Shown here: piece by piece, positions 16,530 through 25,475 of the stretch
Position numbering within the stretch: position 1 is the first letter of the stretch
Layout of the letters: every line of letters starts with the position of its first letter
Notes under the pieces: model-generated
Seen by the model: the letters and a program-made list of their open reading frames with translations, nothing else
The model's database searches: none
What the model was told of the DNA's origin: nothing
Translations under genes and position numbers: made by a program
Assembly (NCBI GenBank): GCA_035541575.1
Contig: DATKMZ010000036.1
Coordinates: 486 to 64,485 of the forward strand
From: Caulobacteraceae bacterium
GTDB taxonomy: Bacteria > Pseudomonadota > Alphaproteobacteria > Caulobacterales > Caulobacteraceae
Direction of reading: 5' to 3'
DNA length: 64,000 bases

Positions 16530-16682
16530 CCTCACCCGCCCGCAGAGGCGGGGAGGTGGCGTGGCGCGTAGCGCCGCGCCGGAGGGGGCGCAAGGCGGCG
16601 AACGCAGCGCTGGCGGCCTTGCGTCGCTTCCACCCCCGCGCCCCACGCGGCGGTCCCCCTTCCCCGTTGCGCGGGGAAGGGG
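16530..16682. repeat. Palindromic repeat, family B, filling the divergent SDR/queF spacer
   Basis: cctcacccgcccgcagaggcggggagg..cccttccccgttgcgcggggaaggg. Confidence 0.75.
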
Positions 16683-16695
16683 CTATTGCACGACC

Positions 16696-17148
16696 ATGGA
16701 CGACCTGCACGTCACCCAGCTCGGCCGCACGGTCGCGGCGCCGGCGAGTCCGGACGAGGCCGTGCTCGAGCGCGTGCCGAACCCACAGGCCGGCCAGCTC
16801 TTTCTCGCCCGCTTCACCGCGCCGGAGTTCACCTCGCTCTGCCCGGTGACCGGTCAGCCCGACTTCGCGCGCCTGGTGATCGACTACGCGCCCGACCAGT
16901 GGCTGATCGAGTCGAAGTCGCTGAAGCTCTATCTCGGCGCCTTCCGCAACCACGGCGCCTTCCACGAGGACGTTACGCTGACGATCGCGCGGAAGATCGT
17001 CGAGGCGGCCGAACCGACATGGCTGCGCATCGGCGGCTACTGGTATCCAAGAGGTGGCATCCCGATCGACGTCTTCTGGCAGACCGGCGCTCCGCCCGAT
17101 GGCCTCTGGCTGCCGGATCAAGGCGTCGAACCTTACCGGGGGCGGTGA
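16696..17148 (+). CDS. queF: NADPH-dependent 7-cyano-7-deazaguanine (preQ0) reductase
   Basis: [30 protein letters not shown]. Confidence 0.96.
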   Translation: MDDLHVTQLGRTVAAPASPDEAVLERVPNPQAGQLFLARFTAPEFTSLCPVTGQPDFARLVIDYAPDQWLIESKSLKLYLGAFRNHGAFHEDVTLTIARKIVEAAEPTWLRIGGYWYPRGGIPIDVFWQTGAPPDGLWLPDQGVEPYRGR

Positions 17149-17360
17149 CCGGCCGGCCCCGTTCGGGCTCGCGATCAGGAGCCGCCGGCGGCCTTGCGTT
17201 CGCGGCGGGCGCGGCGGCCTTCGCATCACCCGCGCCCCGGAGTGTCGTGGGGGCCCACCCTCTCGTCCCGGCGCGCTCGGCGCCAAAGCGGCGGTGGGAG
17301 CAAGCTTCACTGCGTGTTACGCCTCTGCAACCGTCGATAGGGCGGTGGAAGGGGAGTGCG

Positions 17361-17903
17361 ATGCGCCATGCCTTGCTTTGCGTCGCCGCCGGCCTGGTGC
17401 TGATGGCGGCGTGCTCGAAGAAACCCGAAGCGGCCCCTGCGGCCAACGCCGCGTCCTCCGTGGCGACGCCTGCCGTCGCGCCGGCGCCAGCGGGCCCTGC
17501 GGTGTCCGGGGTTTTCACCGGAGACGGCCAGCCGGCGACACTGACCCAAGTGACGGCCCATCCGGACGATCCCTTCGACGGACAGCCGGTGACGGCGATC
17601 GTGTTCACCGCCAAGGACCAGGGCGGCGATCCGAAGGCGGCCATCGCCGCCCTGTTCGGCAACTACGGCGAGGCGATCGTCGCCAGGGTGACGCCGGACG
17701 GCAAGCTGGTCGGTGCGGACGTCGTCCACCCGGGGCTGAAGACGCCGGGCGGCGCGTCCGTCTCGCTGAGCGGCGTGCTGACGATCGAGAACTACAAGAG
17801 CGACGGCGGCCAACTCTCCGGGCGCCTCACCTCGAACGGCGACCAGGACGTGTTCGGCCACAAGCTCAAAGTAGATCTGACCTTCCACGCCAAGGCGCCC
17901 TGA
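17361..17903 (+). CDS. Hypothetical lipoprotein
   Basis: Lipobox LMAAC, Ala/Pro linker, beta-rich domain. Confidence 0.75.
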   Translation: MRHALLCVAAGLVLMAACSKKPEAAPAANAASSVATPAVAPAPAGPAVSGVFTGDGQPATLTQVTAHPDDPFDGQPVTAIVFTAKDQGGDPKAAIAALFGNYGEAIVARVTPDGKLVGADVVHPGLKTPGGASVSLSGVLTIENYKSDGGQLSGRLTSNGDQDVFGHKLKVDLTFHAKAP

Positions 17904-17978
17904 CGCCGCCCCTGTTCGCCCTCGGCCATAGGCGCCAAAAGGTCGCCCATTCGGCTTTCCACATTTTGAGGTGCGATC

Positions 17979-19001
17979 ATGGACTACGTCCGCATGGGGT
18001 CGACTGGGACCCGCGTCTCCCGGCTTTGCCTGGGCTGCATGAGCTTCGGCGGCGGCGCCGACTGGATGCTGGATGAAGAGGCCAGCCTGCCGATCGTCCA
18101 GAAGGCGCACGAGGCCGGGATCAACTTCTTCGACACGGCCGACGTCTATTCGCGCGGCCAGAGCGAGGAGATCCTCGGCCGGGCGCTGAAGACGCTGAAC
18201 GTGCGCCGCGACGAGACGGTGGTCGCCACCAAGGTGTTTAATCCGATGGGCCGCGGGCCGAACAAGGCCGGCCTCTCGCGCAAGCACATCCTGCAGTCGA
18301 TCGACGCGAGCTTGACGCGGCTCGGGCTCGACTACGTCGACCTCTACCAGATCCACCGCTTCGACTATCAGACCCCGATCGAGGAGACGATCGAGGCGCT
18401 GGACGACGTCGTGAAGTCGGGCAAGGCGCTCTACATCGGCGCCTCCTCGATGTTCGCCTACCAGTTCTCGAAGTACCTGCACCGCGCCGACCACCTCGGG
18501 CGGACGCGCTTTGCGATGATGCAGAACCACTACAACCTCGCCTACCGCGAGGAGGAGCGCGAGATGAACCCGCTCTGCCTCGAGGAAGGCGTGGGCCTCA
18601 TCCCCTGGAGCCCGCTGGCGGGCGGCTACCTCGCTGGCAACCGCGACGAAGGCACCGTGCGCTCGCAGTCGGCGATGGGTCGCGGCCGCTACAACCGGCC
18701 GGAGGACAAGGCGGTGCTCGACGCGCTTCGGCAGGTCGCCGCCCAGCGCGGCGAGGCGCCGGCGCAGGTGGCGATCGCCTGGCTGCTCGCCAAGCCGGCC
18801 GTCACCGCGCCGATCATCGGCGTGACCAAGCCGCACCACATGGACGATCCGCTGAAGGCGGTGGAGAGCCCGCTCTCGCCCGAGGAGATCGCGATGCTGG
18901 AGGCGCCCTACGCGCCGCAGGCGGTGATCGGCGCGATCACGCCGGCCGACATGGCGGGGCGGCTGGCCAGAGCCGGCGCGCCCAGGCGGGAGGCGGCGTA
19001 G
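17979..19001 (+). CDS. Aldo/keto reductase
   Basis: SRLCLGCM, INFFDTADVY, VVATK, DYVDLYQIHRFD, PWSPLAGG. Confidence 0.93.
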   Translation: MDYVRMGSTGTRVSRLCLGCMSFGGGADWMLDEEASLPIVQKAHEAGINFFDTADVYSRGQSEEILGRALKTLNVRRDETVVATKVFNPMGRGPNKAGLSRKHILQSIDASLTRLGLDYVDLYQIHRFDYQTPIEETIEALDDVVKSGKALYIGASSMFAYQFSKYLHRADHLGRTRFAMMQNHYNLAYREEEREMNPLCLEEGVGLIPWSPLAGGYLAGNRDEGTVRSQSAMGRGRYNRPEDKAVLDALRQVAAQRGEAPAQVAIAWLLAKPAVTAPIIGVTKPHHMDDPLKAVESPLSPEEIAMLEAPYAPQAVIGAITPADMAGRLARAGAPRREAA

Positions 19002-19006
19002 GGGTT

Positions 19007-19642
19007 TCAGCCCTCCCACTCGCTGACGAGTGTGTCCACCTCGGGGCGGACGCGCTCGAGCGGGGTCTCGGCGCTCTTGCCCAGGTGCACGAAGCCGGCG
19101 ACGCGCTCGGTCTCGCCGAGGCCGAGCAGGCGCCCGGCCGCCTCGTCGTAGGCGTACCAGTCGGTGATCCAGTTGGCCCCGTAGCCCATCGCCTGGGCGG
19201 CGATGATCAGGGTCATGCAGACCGCGCCGGCCGAGAGACGCTGCTCCCACTCCGGGATCTCGCCGGGCGTATGGCGCGAGACGACGGCGACGGTCAGCGG
19301 CGGGGCCTTGATCTTGCCGAGCTTGGCCTTCTGCCGCTCGCTGTCGGCGCGGCCCTCGGCGATTGCTTCGAGGCCGGCGATGAACCGCGCCTTGGCCTCG
19401 CCGCGCAACACCACGAAGCGCCAGGGGAAGAGCTTGCCGTGGTCAGGCACGCGGGTGGCGAGCCGCAGCAGAGTGGCCAGCTCGGCGTCAGTGGGGGCGG
19501 GCGCGGTCAGCGTGAGGGCCGAGGCCGAGCGGCGGCGGGCGAGGAAGGCCAGCGTCTCGGGCGAGGCCTCGATCGGCGCCGCCTCGCCGAACGCCGGCGC
19601 GTTCGGAACGATGAAGGGCAAGGCAGGGGCTTCCGGATCCAA
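19007..19642 (-). CDS. Nitroreductase family protein (YdjA-like)
   Basis: RRSA..RVPDHGKLFPWRF..GYGANW.T. TTG start. Confidence 0.9.
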   Translation of the reverse strand: MDPEAPALPFIVPNAPAFGEAAPIEASPETLAFLARRRSASALTLTAPAPTDAELATLLRLATRVPDHGKLFPWRFVVLRGEAKARFIAGLEAIAEGRADSERQKAKLGKIKAPPLTVAVVSRHTPGEIPEWEQRLSAGAVCMTLIIAAQAMGYGANWITDWYAYDEAAGRLLGLGETERVAGFVHLGKSAETPLERVRPEVDTLVSEWEG

Positions 19643-19812
19643 GGGATTGGCAACCTCGCGGAGGTAGAACGGCGCCCGCTAGTCTGCAATGTAGCGCCGC
19701 TGGCATTTTTGTCAGAAACTCTGGCTGGCGCAGGTTGCTGCGCGACGCCATATCGCGGGCAGGGAGAAAGGCGCCGTCCAGGCGCCTGAAGGGTAAGGAA
19801 CGGTCGGCGCAC

Positions 19813-20643
19813 ATGGTTCAACGCCTCGAAGTCGTCGAATCCGCCGGCGCGCCGCCTGTCTGGGCCGCGCTGCGCAACGAAGCCGAGCACATTGCTGCGA
19901 CCGAGCCGAGCCTCGCTTCGCTGCTGAACGCGGTCGTGCTTCGGCACGGCAATCTCGCCCGAGCGCTCTCGTACCAGCTCGCCCGCAAACTCGGCGACCA
20001 GGAGCTGCGGGCTATGAGCCTGCGCGAGATCTGCGAGGAGGCCTATTCGGCCGACCCGACGATCATTCCCGCCGCCGAGGCTGACCTGAAAGCGGTGTTC
20101 GAGCGCGACCCGGCCTGCCGCGGCTACGTGCAGCCGTTCCTGTTCTTCAAGGGCTTCCTGGCGTTGGAAACGCACCGCGTCGGCCACTGGCTCTGGCGCG
20201 AGGGCCGCGAGGCGATGGCTTTCTACCTACAGAGCCGCATGTCGGAGCTGTTCCAGGTCGACATCCATCCCGCCGTTCCGATCGGCAAAGGCGCGTTCCT
20301 CGACCATGGCACCGGCATCGTGATCGGCGAAACCGCGGTCATCGGCGAAGACGTCTCGATGCTTCAGGGCGTGACCCTGGGCGGCACCAGCGCCGAGCGC
20401 GAGGATCGTCACCCGAAGATTGGCCGCGGCGTTCTCCTGGGCGCAGGGGCGAAGGTGATCGGCAACATCAAGATCGGCGACTACGCCAAGGTGGCGGCAG
20501 GCGCGGTCGTGCTGCAGCCGGTGCCGTCGGGTTGCACCGCCGTCGGTGTGCCGGCGCGGCTCGTGAACTGCCCGACCTGCGCCGAGCCGTCCAAGACGAT
20601 GGACCAGACGCTGCCGGACGCGGCGTACGACTACGTGATCTGA
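19813..20643 (+). CDS. cysE: Serine O-acetyltransferase
   Basis: FKGFLALETHR, VDIHPA, DHGTGIVIGETA, DRHPKIG hexapeptide repeats. Confidence 0.96.
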   Translation: MVQRLEVVESAGAPPVWAALRNEAEHIAATEPSLASLLNAVVLRHGNLARALSYQLARKLGDQELRAMSLREICEEAYSADPTIIPAAEADLKAVFERDPACRGYVQPFLFFKGFLALETHRVGHWLWREGREAMAFYLQSRMSELFQVDIHPAVPIGKGAFLDHGTGIVIGETAVIGEDVSMLQGVTLGGTSAEREDRHPKIGRGVLLGAGAKVIGNIKIGDYAKVAAGAVVLQPVPSGCTAVGVPARLVNCPTCAEPSKTMDQTLPDAAYDYVI

Positions 20644-20648
20644 GGCGT

Positions 20649-20761
20649 GCGTGGTTCGAGACGCGCTCTGCGAGCGCTCCCCACCATGACCAAGGAGGGG
20701 GCGACGTTCCGCTGGTCGTCGTCCTGAGGAGCCCCGCGCATCGGGCGTCTCGAAGGACGCA
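20649..20761. repeat. Palindromic intergenic repeat, family A copy 2
   Basis: gcgtggttcgagacgc..gctccccaccatga..cgtcgtcctgaggagc..gcgtctcgaaggacgca. Confidence 0.88.
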
Positions 20762-20836
20762 CCGAGCCACAGCAGGGGTTTCCCTTTTCGGCGAACCCCG
20801 ACTAGGTTCGCGCCCGATCACGACCGGAGCGCCGAC

Positions 20837-21046
20837 TTGGACCAGAAAGACATCGAACGAATCCAGGCGCACCTGAAGCGCACGTTCGGCAATCCGCACA
20901 TCCAGCTACGGGCCCGCGAGCGACAGAAGGACTCCGCCGAGGTGGAGCTGAAGGGCGAATTCATCGGTGTCGTCTACGAGGACGAGGACGAGGACGGCTC
21001 GTTCCTGTTCGAGATGGCGATCCTGGCGGAGGATCTGGACGCCTGA
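20837..21046 (+). CDS. DUF3126 family protein
   Basis: 69 aa, YL(K)RTFGN..DSAEV..EFIGVVYEDEDEDGSFLFEMAIL pattern. Sits downstream of cysE. Confidence 0.85.
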   Translation: MDQKDIERIQAHLKRTFGNPHIQLRARERQKDSAEVELKGEFIGVVYEDEDEDGSFLFEMAILAEDLDA

Positions 21047-21057
21047 GTGCGGACGGT

Positions 21058-23112
21058 GTGACTGAGCTAGCCGGGTCCCGCGTACGTCCGGCGGCCCCGC
21101 TTCCTATTCCAGACGGCGCCGGCTTCAGGTCCGACATCAACGGCCTGAGGGCGATCGCGATCGCCGCAGTGGTCGCATTCCATCTCGCCAACGGCGCCGC
21201 GCCTGGCGGCTTCGTCGGCGTCGACGTGTTCTTCGTCATCTCTGGCTACCTGATGACGAATATCGTCCTCGGCGGCTTGCGGACCGGACGCTTCCGTCTC
21301 GGGCGGTTCTACCTGGCGCGGTTGAGGCGGATCGGACCTGCGCTGGTGGCGTTCTGCGCGCTGCTCTGGCTCTTCGGCGCCGTGGCGCTCGATCCCTGGA
21401 CCTTCCAGGACCTCGCCAAGTCGCTGCCCTACGCGCTGCTCTTCGTCTCCAACATCGTCTTCGCCCGCGGCGGCGGCTATTTCGCGCAGGACTCGAGCCT
21501 CAACTGGTTCCTGCACACCTGGTCGCTGTCGGTGGAGTGGCAGTTCTACCTGCTCTACCCGCTGCTGCTCATCGCGCTGGCTCGTTGGGCCGCGGCGCCG
21601 GCGCGGATGTGGGGGGCGATCGCGGCGCTGGCCGCGGCCTCCTTCATCCTGGCGGTCGCACTGCCGCAGCGGGCCTGGACCTTGGACTTCTACGTGCTGC
21701 CGACGCGGGCGTGGGAACTGCTCGCCGGCGCGTTGTGCGCCGGCCTCGAGTCTCGGCTGCGCATGACCGGCGTCATGCGAGGGCTGCTGCACGTCGTCGG
21801 TATGGTCCTGATCGCGCTCGGCGTGGCGGTGGCCCGGCCCGGCGAGCAATGGCCCGCCTGGCCTACCCTGCTGCCGGCCGGAGGCGCGGCCCTCGTCATT
21901 GTCTCGGCGCTGCGCAAGTCCGGATGGGCGGAGGTCCGCGCCGTCGATTGGATCGGCCGTGCGTCCTATTCGATCTACCTCTGGCACTGGCCGGTCGTTG
22001 TCTGGATGCGTCGCTCGGCGATCGAGCTCACCTGGCCCGTCGCGATCGCGGCGCTCGCCGCGATGCTGGTGCTGGGGGTCGCCTCCTACTGGCTCGTCGA
22101 GCGGCGGCTGACTGGATGGCTGTTCGCGGCGCGGCCCTGGCGCTGGGCGCTCGGCGGCGCCCTCGCGGCCGTGACCCTGGCGCTGGCGCTGACCGCCGGA
22201 GCGACCGGCGGGCTGGAGGCGCTGCGGACGGCGGGGATGCCCGGCCCGGTGAGAGCCGCGCTCGCCGACGACCGCCGGGCGGCGCGCGACTGGGCCTATC
22301 CGCAGGTCTGCGGGCGGCTCGCTCACCAGGGCTCGCTGATCTCCTGCCAGATCGGCGATCCGACGGCGCGCCAGGTCCTGGTCCTGGGCGACTCTCACGC
22401 CGACCAGCTCGGTCCGAGGTATGCGCATGCGTTCGACCACGTGCGCGGGGCTGGTCTGACCATCATCTCCATCGCCGGCTGCATCCCGATCCCGCACGTC
22501 TCGGTGCGCGGCAGCTTCCTGTGCGGACGGTCCTGGGACGAGGCGTACCGCTACGCCGAGACCGCGGGGTTCGCGCGCGTGGTCGTGGTCTCGGCCTGGC
22601 CGCGCTACTTCGACCGGCACGCCGACACGCTGCTGGGCCTCACCCGGATCGACCGCGGTTTTGCGCCGGCGACCGCCCCCAGCACAATCGAGGCCGTCGC
22701 GGACGCTGACTTCACCCTCCTGGCGGCGGCGGTTCGGCGGTTGCAGGCGCATGGCGTCCAGGTCGTGGTGATCGGAACCACGCCCGGGGCGGGCGCGAGC
22801 GATCCGCGGGCGATGTACGCCCGTGCGTTTTGGCGGGGCGAGCTCGCCACCCCGCCACTCGAGCGCGCGGACTACGAGCGCCAGACGGGGCTTGTCCGGC
22901 AGCGCCTGGCGTGGCTCGGCCGAACCACTGGAACGGTGCTGGTCGACCCGCTGGACGGCCTGTGCCTGCAGGGCGTCTGCCCGACGACGGAGGGCGGGCG
23001 GACGCTCTACAAGGACTTCGGGCACTATCGCGCCTCGATGATGACGAGCGCCCGGTTCGCCTATCTGGATCCCTGGCTGGCGCCCGCCGCCCCGCCGATC
23101 CGCTTGAAGTAG
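21058..23112 (+). CDS. Acyltransferase-3 / SGNH fusion O-acyltransferase (OafA-like)
   Basis: FRSDINGLRA, GFVGVDVFFVISGYLM, HTWSLSVEWQFY; SGNH motifs LGDSHA and DFGH. Confidence 0.92.
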   Translation: MTELAGSRVRPAAPLPIPDGAGFRSDINGLRAIAIAAVVAFHLANGAAPGGFVGVDVFFVISGYLMTNIVLGGLRTGRFRLGRFYLARLRRIGPALVAFCALLWLFGAVALDPWTFQDLAKSLPYALLFVSNIVFARGGGYFAQDSSLNWFLHTWSLSVEWQFYLLYPLLLIALARWAAAPARMWGAIAALAAASFILAVALPQRAWTLDFYVLPTRAWELLAGALCAGLESRLRMTGVMRGLLHVVGMVLIALGVAVARPGEQWPAWPTLLPAGGAALVIVSALRKSGWAEVRAVDWIGRASYSIYLWHWPVVVWMRRSAIELTWPVAIAALAAMLVLGVASYWLVERRLTGWLFAARPWRWALGGALAAVTLALALTAGATGGLEALRTAGMPGPVRAALADDRRAARDWAYPQVCGRLAHQGSLISCQIGDPTARQVLVLGDSHADQLGPRYAHAFDHVRGAGLTIISIAGCIPIPHVSVRGSFLCGRSWDEAYRYAETAGFARVVVVSAWPRYFDRHADTLLGLTRIDRGFAPATAPSTIEAVADADFTLLAAAVRRLQAHGVQVVVIGTTPGAGASDPRAMYARAFWRGELATPPLERADYERQTGLVRQRLAWLGRTTGTVLVDPLDGLCLQGVCPTTEGGRTLYKDFGHYRASMMTSARFAYLDPWLAPAAPPIRLK

Positions 23113-23612
23113 ATCAGCGTGCCGGTGAGTCCGCCAAGCGGCTTGAAGGCGTAGTCGGGGATTGCGCCGGCGAACTCGAAGCCGAGGCGCTCATAGAGCG
23201 GCGCCGCGCCGTCCTCGGCCGCGGTGTCGAGCGTGAGCAGGGTGCGCCCTCGCTCGGCGGCGATGCGCTCCGCCTCCAGCATCAACGCGCTGCCGACGCC
23301 GCGGCGACGGTCGCGGACGCGGGTCATCAGCTTGGCGATGTCGGCGCGGTGGGGCTGGTTCTGCGGCGTTTCGAGGTCGAGCGTGACCGTGCCGGCGAGC
23401 TCGCCGGAAAGTCGCGCGCCCAACACCACCCGCTTGCCGGCGTCGGCGGCCGCGAGCGAGCGGGTCCAGAAGTCGGCCGCCTGGTCGGGCGCGAGCGGAT
23501 GCATGAAGCTGACCGAGCCGCCGCTGGCGACGGTCTCGATCAGAAGCTCGGCCAGCGCCGCGACGGTCGCGGGCGAGGCGGAGAGCCGCGCGATCTCGAT
23601 GCCGGCCTGCAT
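23061..23612 (-). CDS. GNAT N-acetyltransferase
   Basis: NQPHRADIAKLM..RRRGVG..LLTLDT..LYERLGF. Confidence 0.9.
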   Translation of the reverse strand: MQAGIEIARLSASPATVAALAELLIETVASGGSVSFMHPLAPDQAADFWTRSLAAADAGKRVVLGARLSGELAGTVTLDLETPQNQPHRADIAKLMTRVRDRRRGVGSALMLEAERIAAERGRTLLTLDTAAEDGAAPLYERLGFEFAGAIPDYAFKPLGGLTGTLIYFKRIGGAAGASQGSR

Positions 23613-23617
23613 CGGCG

Positions 23618-24184
23618 TCAGACCCGGGCCACCACGACGAGATAGGTGCAGGGTGATGCGCTCTCATTGACGAAGGCGGAGTCGGCCGGCGGTCCGAAAG
23701 CCAGGCAGTCGCCGGCGCCGAGCCGGCGCGCCTCTTCACCTTCCTCGATCGTCACCTCTCCGTCGAGCACCCAGACCACCTGACGGATCCGACGGTAGGA
23801 CGCGGCCGGAATTCCGACCCGCGCACCGGCCGGCAGTTCCACGCGCACGAGCTCGATCGGATGGTCGGGCCGCTCGAACACCTGCCGGCGCAGGTAGCCG
23901 CTGGCGGGATCGCGCCAGATCGGCTGGTCGGCGACGCGCGAGAGCCTGTCGGCGCCGCCCTCGGCGCGCGCCAGCAGACCGGCCAGGGTCAGGTCGAACG
24001 CGTCGGCCAGCCGCAGGAGGAGGCCGGCGGTGGGGCTGGATTCGCCGCGCTCGATCTTGCTGATCGCCCCGCGCGAGACGCCGGACCGCTCGGCGAGATC
24101 CGTCAACGACCAGCCGCGCGCTTCCCGCTCGAGCCGCAGTCGCATGGCGAGCCGCGCCTCGGCGTCATCTTCAATAGTAGACAT
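23618..24184 (-). CDS. XRE-family HTH regulator with cupin domain
   Basis: WSLTDLAERSGVSRGAISKIERGESSPT plus C-terminal cupin (LGAGDCL.F). Confidence 0.92.
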   Translation of the reverse strand: MSTIEDDAEARLAMRLRLEREARGWSLTDLAERSGVSRGAISKIERGESSPTAGLLLRLADAFDLTLAGLLARAEGGADRLSRVADQPIWRDPASGYLRRQVFERPDHPIELVRVELPAGARVGIPAASYRRIRQVVWVLDGEVTIEEGEEARRLGAGDCLAFGPPADSAFVNESASPCTYLVVVARV

Positions 24185-24232
24185 TCATCTACTATTATGG
24201 ATTCCTGCGATCGAGGCAAGGGAGAAGCCAAG

Positions 24233-24721
24233 ATGCGGATTCGCGATGCGACCCCGGCGGACCTGCCGGGCGTCCTGGCGATCTACAACGACATCATTGC
24301 GACCTCGACCGCGATCTATACCTCCGAGCCGACCACGCTCGCCGAGCGGACCGCCTGGTGGGAGATGCGCCGCGCGCGGGGTTATCCGCTGATCGTCGCC
24401 GCCGACCGCGACGAGATCTTCGCATTTGGCTCGTTCGGCGACTGGCGGACCTCGCCCGGGTATGTGTCGACAGTCGAGCATACAGTCCACGTCCGCGCCG
24501 ACTGTCGGCGCCGCGGCCTTGGCCGGGCCATTGTCACCGATCTCATCGAACGGGCGCGCGCCCTCGGCAAGCACGTCATGCTCGGCGGCATCGACGCCGA
24601 CAACTCCGCCTCGCTCGCCCTCCACGAGGGCTTGGGCTTCGAGCGCGCGGCCCTGCACCGGCAAGTGGCGCGCAAGTTTGACCGCTGGCTCGACCTGGTG
24701 TTCGTGCAGCGTCTGCTCTGA
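24233..24721 (+). CDS. GNAT N-acetyltransferase (phosphinothricin acetyltransferase/YncA-like)
   Basis: IRDATPADL..IYN, VEHTVHV..RRRGLG, NSASLALHEGLGF, KFDRWLD. Confidence 0.9.
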   Translation: MRIRDATPADLPGVLAIYNDIIATSTAIYTSEPTTLAERTAWWEMRRARGYPLIVAADRDEIFAFGSFGDWRTSPGYVSTVEHTVHVRADCRRRGLGRAIVTDLIERARALGKHVMLGGIDADNSASLALHEGLGFERAALHRQVARKFDRWLDLVFVQRLL

Positions 24722-24733
24722 CCCCGCCTTCGG

Positions 24734-24931
24734 TCAGGCAGCGTCGCAACCGTCGGGCGTCGCCGTGCGAACGCCGGGCAGCGTGTCGCCATAGACGGGC
24801 GGCGGGGCGGAGCAGCGGACGATCAGGTGGGCGAGCAACTCGGGCCCCGCGTCGATGACCGGCGGCTCGCCGAACACGGCGATCCAGAGCGCCTGAAGTT
24901 CCTGCTTCGCGTCGGTCATGCGGCTCGCCAT
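24734..24931 (-). CDS. Small hypothetical protein
   Basis: 65 aa; ALWIAVFGEPPVIDAGPELLAHLIV; start may be 24919. Confidence 0.6.
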   Translation of the reverse strand: MASRMTDAKQELQALWIAVFGEPPVIDAGPELLAHLIVRCSAPPPVYGDTLPGVRTATPDGCDAA

Positions 24932-25117
24932 CCTGGTCTGGCGTCGCCCCCCAGCGAGGACGCGAGCCTGAGACCATCGAGTTAACCGACCGTTGCATTA
25001 CTCGCGCAATCTCGGAATACGTGTCTCGCCGCTTCGCGGCACAGCCTCGCTGGATCACCGAGGGTTGATCATCCTGCACGCGGGGCCGAGAGTGGCCGCA
25101 TTCATTGGGGGGTTCAA

Positions 25118-25468
25118 ATGCGCACTTTCAGCACCCTTGCGGCCACGACCGCCGGCGTCGCCTTCGCAGCCTGCGTCGCGCTGGCGTCTGCGCCAGCCGC
25201 CTTGGCCGACGCGCCGCCCGCACAGGGCGGCTCGACGCCTGCGCCGCCGCCAGCCACAGGCGCCCCAGCAAAGCAGGCCAGTTCCGATGACCCGAACCAG
25301 GTAATTTGTCTGCGGGTCGAGGACACCGGCTCGCGGCTGCCATCGTCGCGCGAGTGCCACACGCGCGCCCAGTGGGTTCAGCTCAGGGCCTCGGGGATGG
25401 ACACGCTGGGCGTGGCCAACGCCGCACGCCTGCCGGCGACAGACCCGGGCTCGCCGACCGGCCGCTGA
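25118..25468 (+). CDS. Small secreted protein with a C-x5-TGSR-x5-C motif
   Basis: Signal peptide, Pro/Ala linker, QVICLRVEDTGSRLPSSRECHTRAQW. Confidence 0.75.
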   Translation: MRTFSTLAATTAGVAFAACVALASAPAALADAPPAQGGSTPAPPPATGAPAKQASSDDPNQVICLRVEDTGSRLPSSRECHTRAQWVQLRASGMDTLGVANAARLPATDPGSPTGR

Positions 25469-25475
25469 GCCCTGG

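Noticed and set aside
25096-25117. TTGAACC on the minus strand near 25117, as a further ECF site
   Set aside because: The sequence at the -10 position is CCACTC, with no GG(A/T)A box. The hits at 19815-19821 and 54363-54369 fail the same test and lie in coding sequence.
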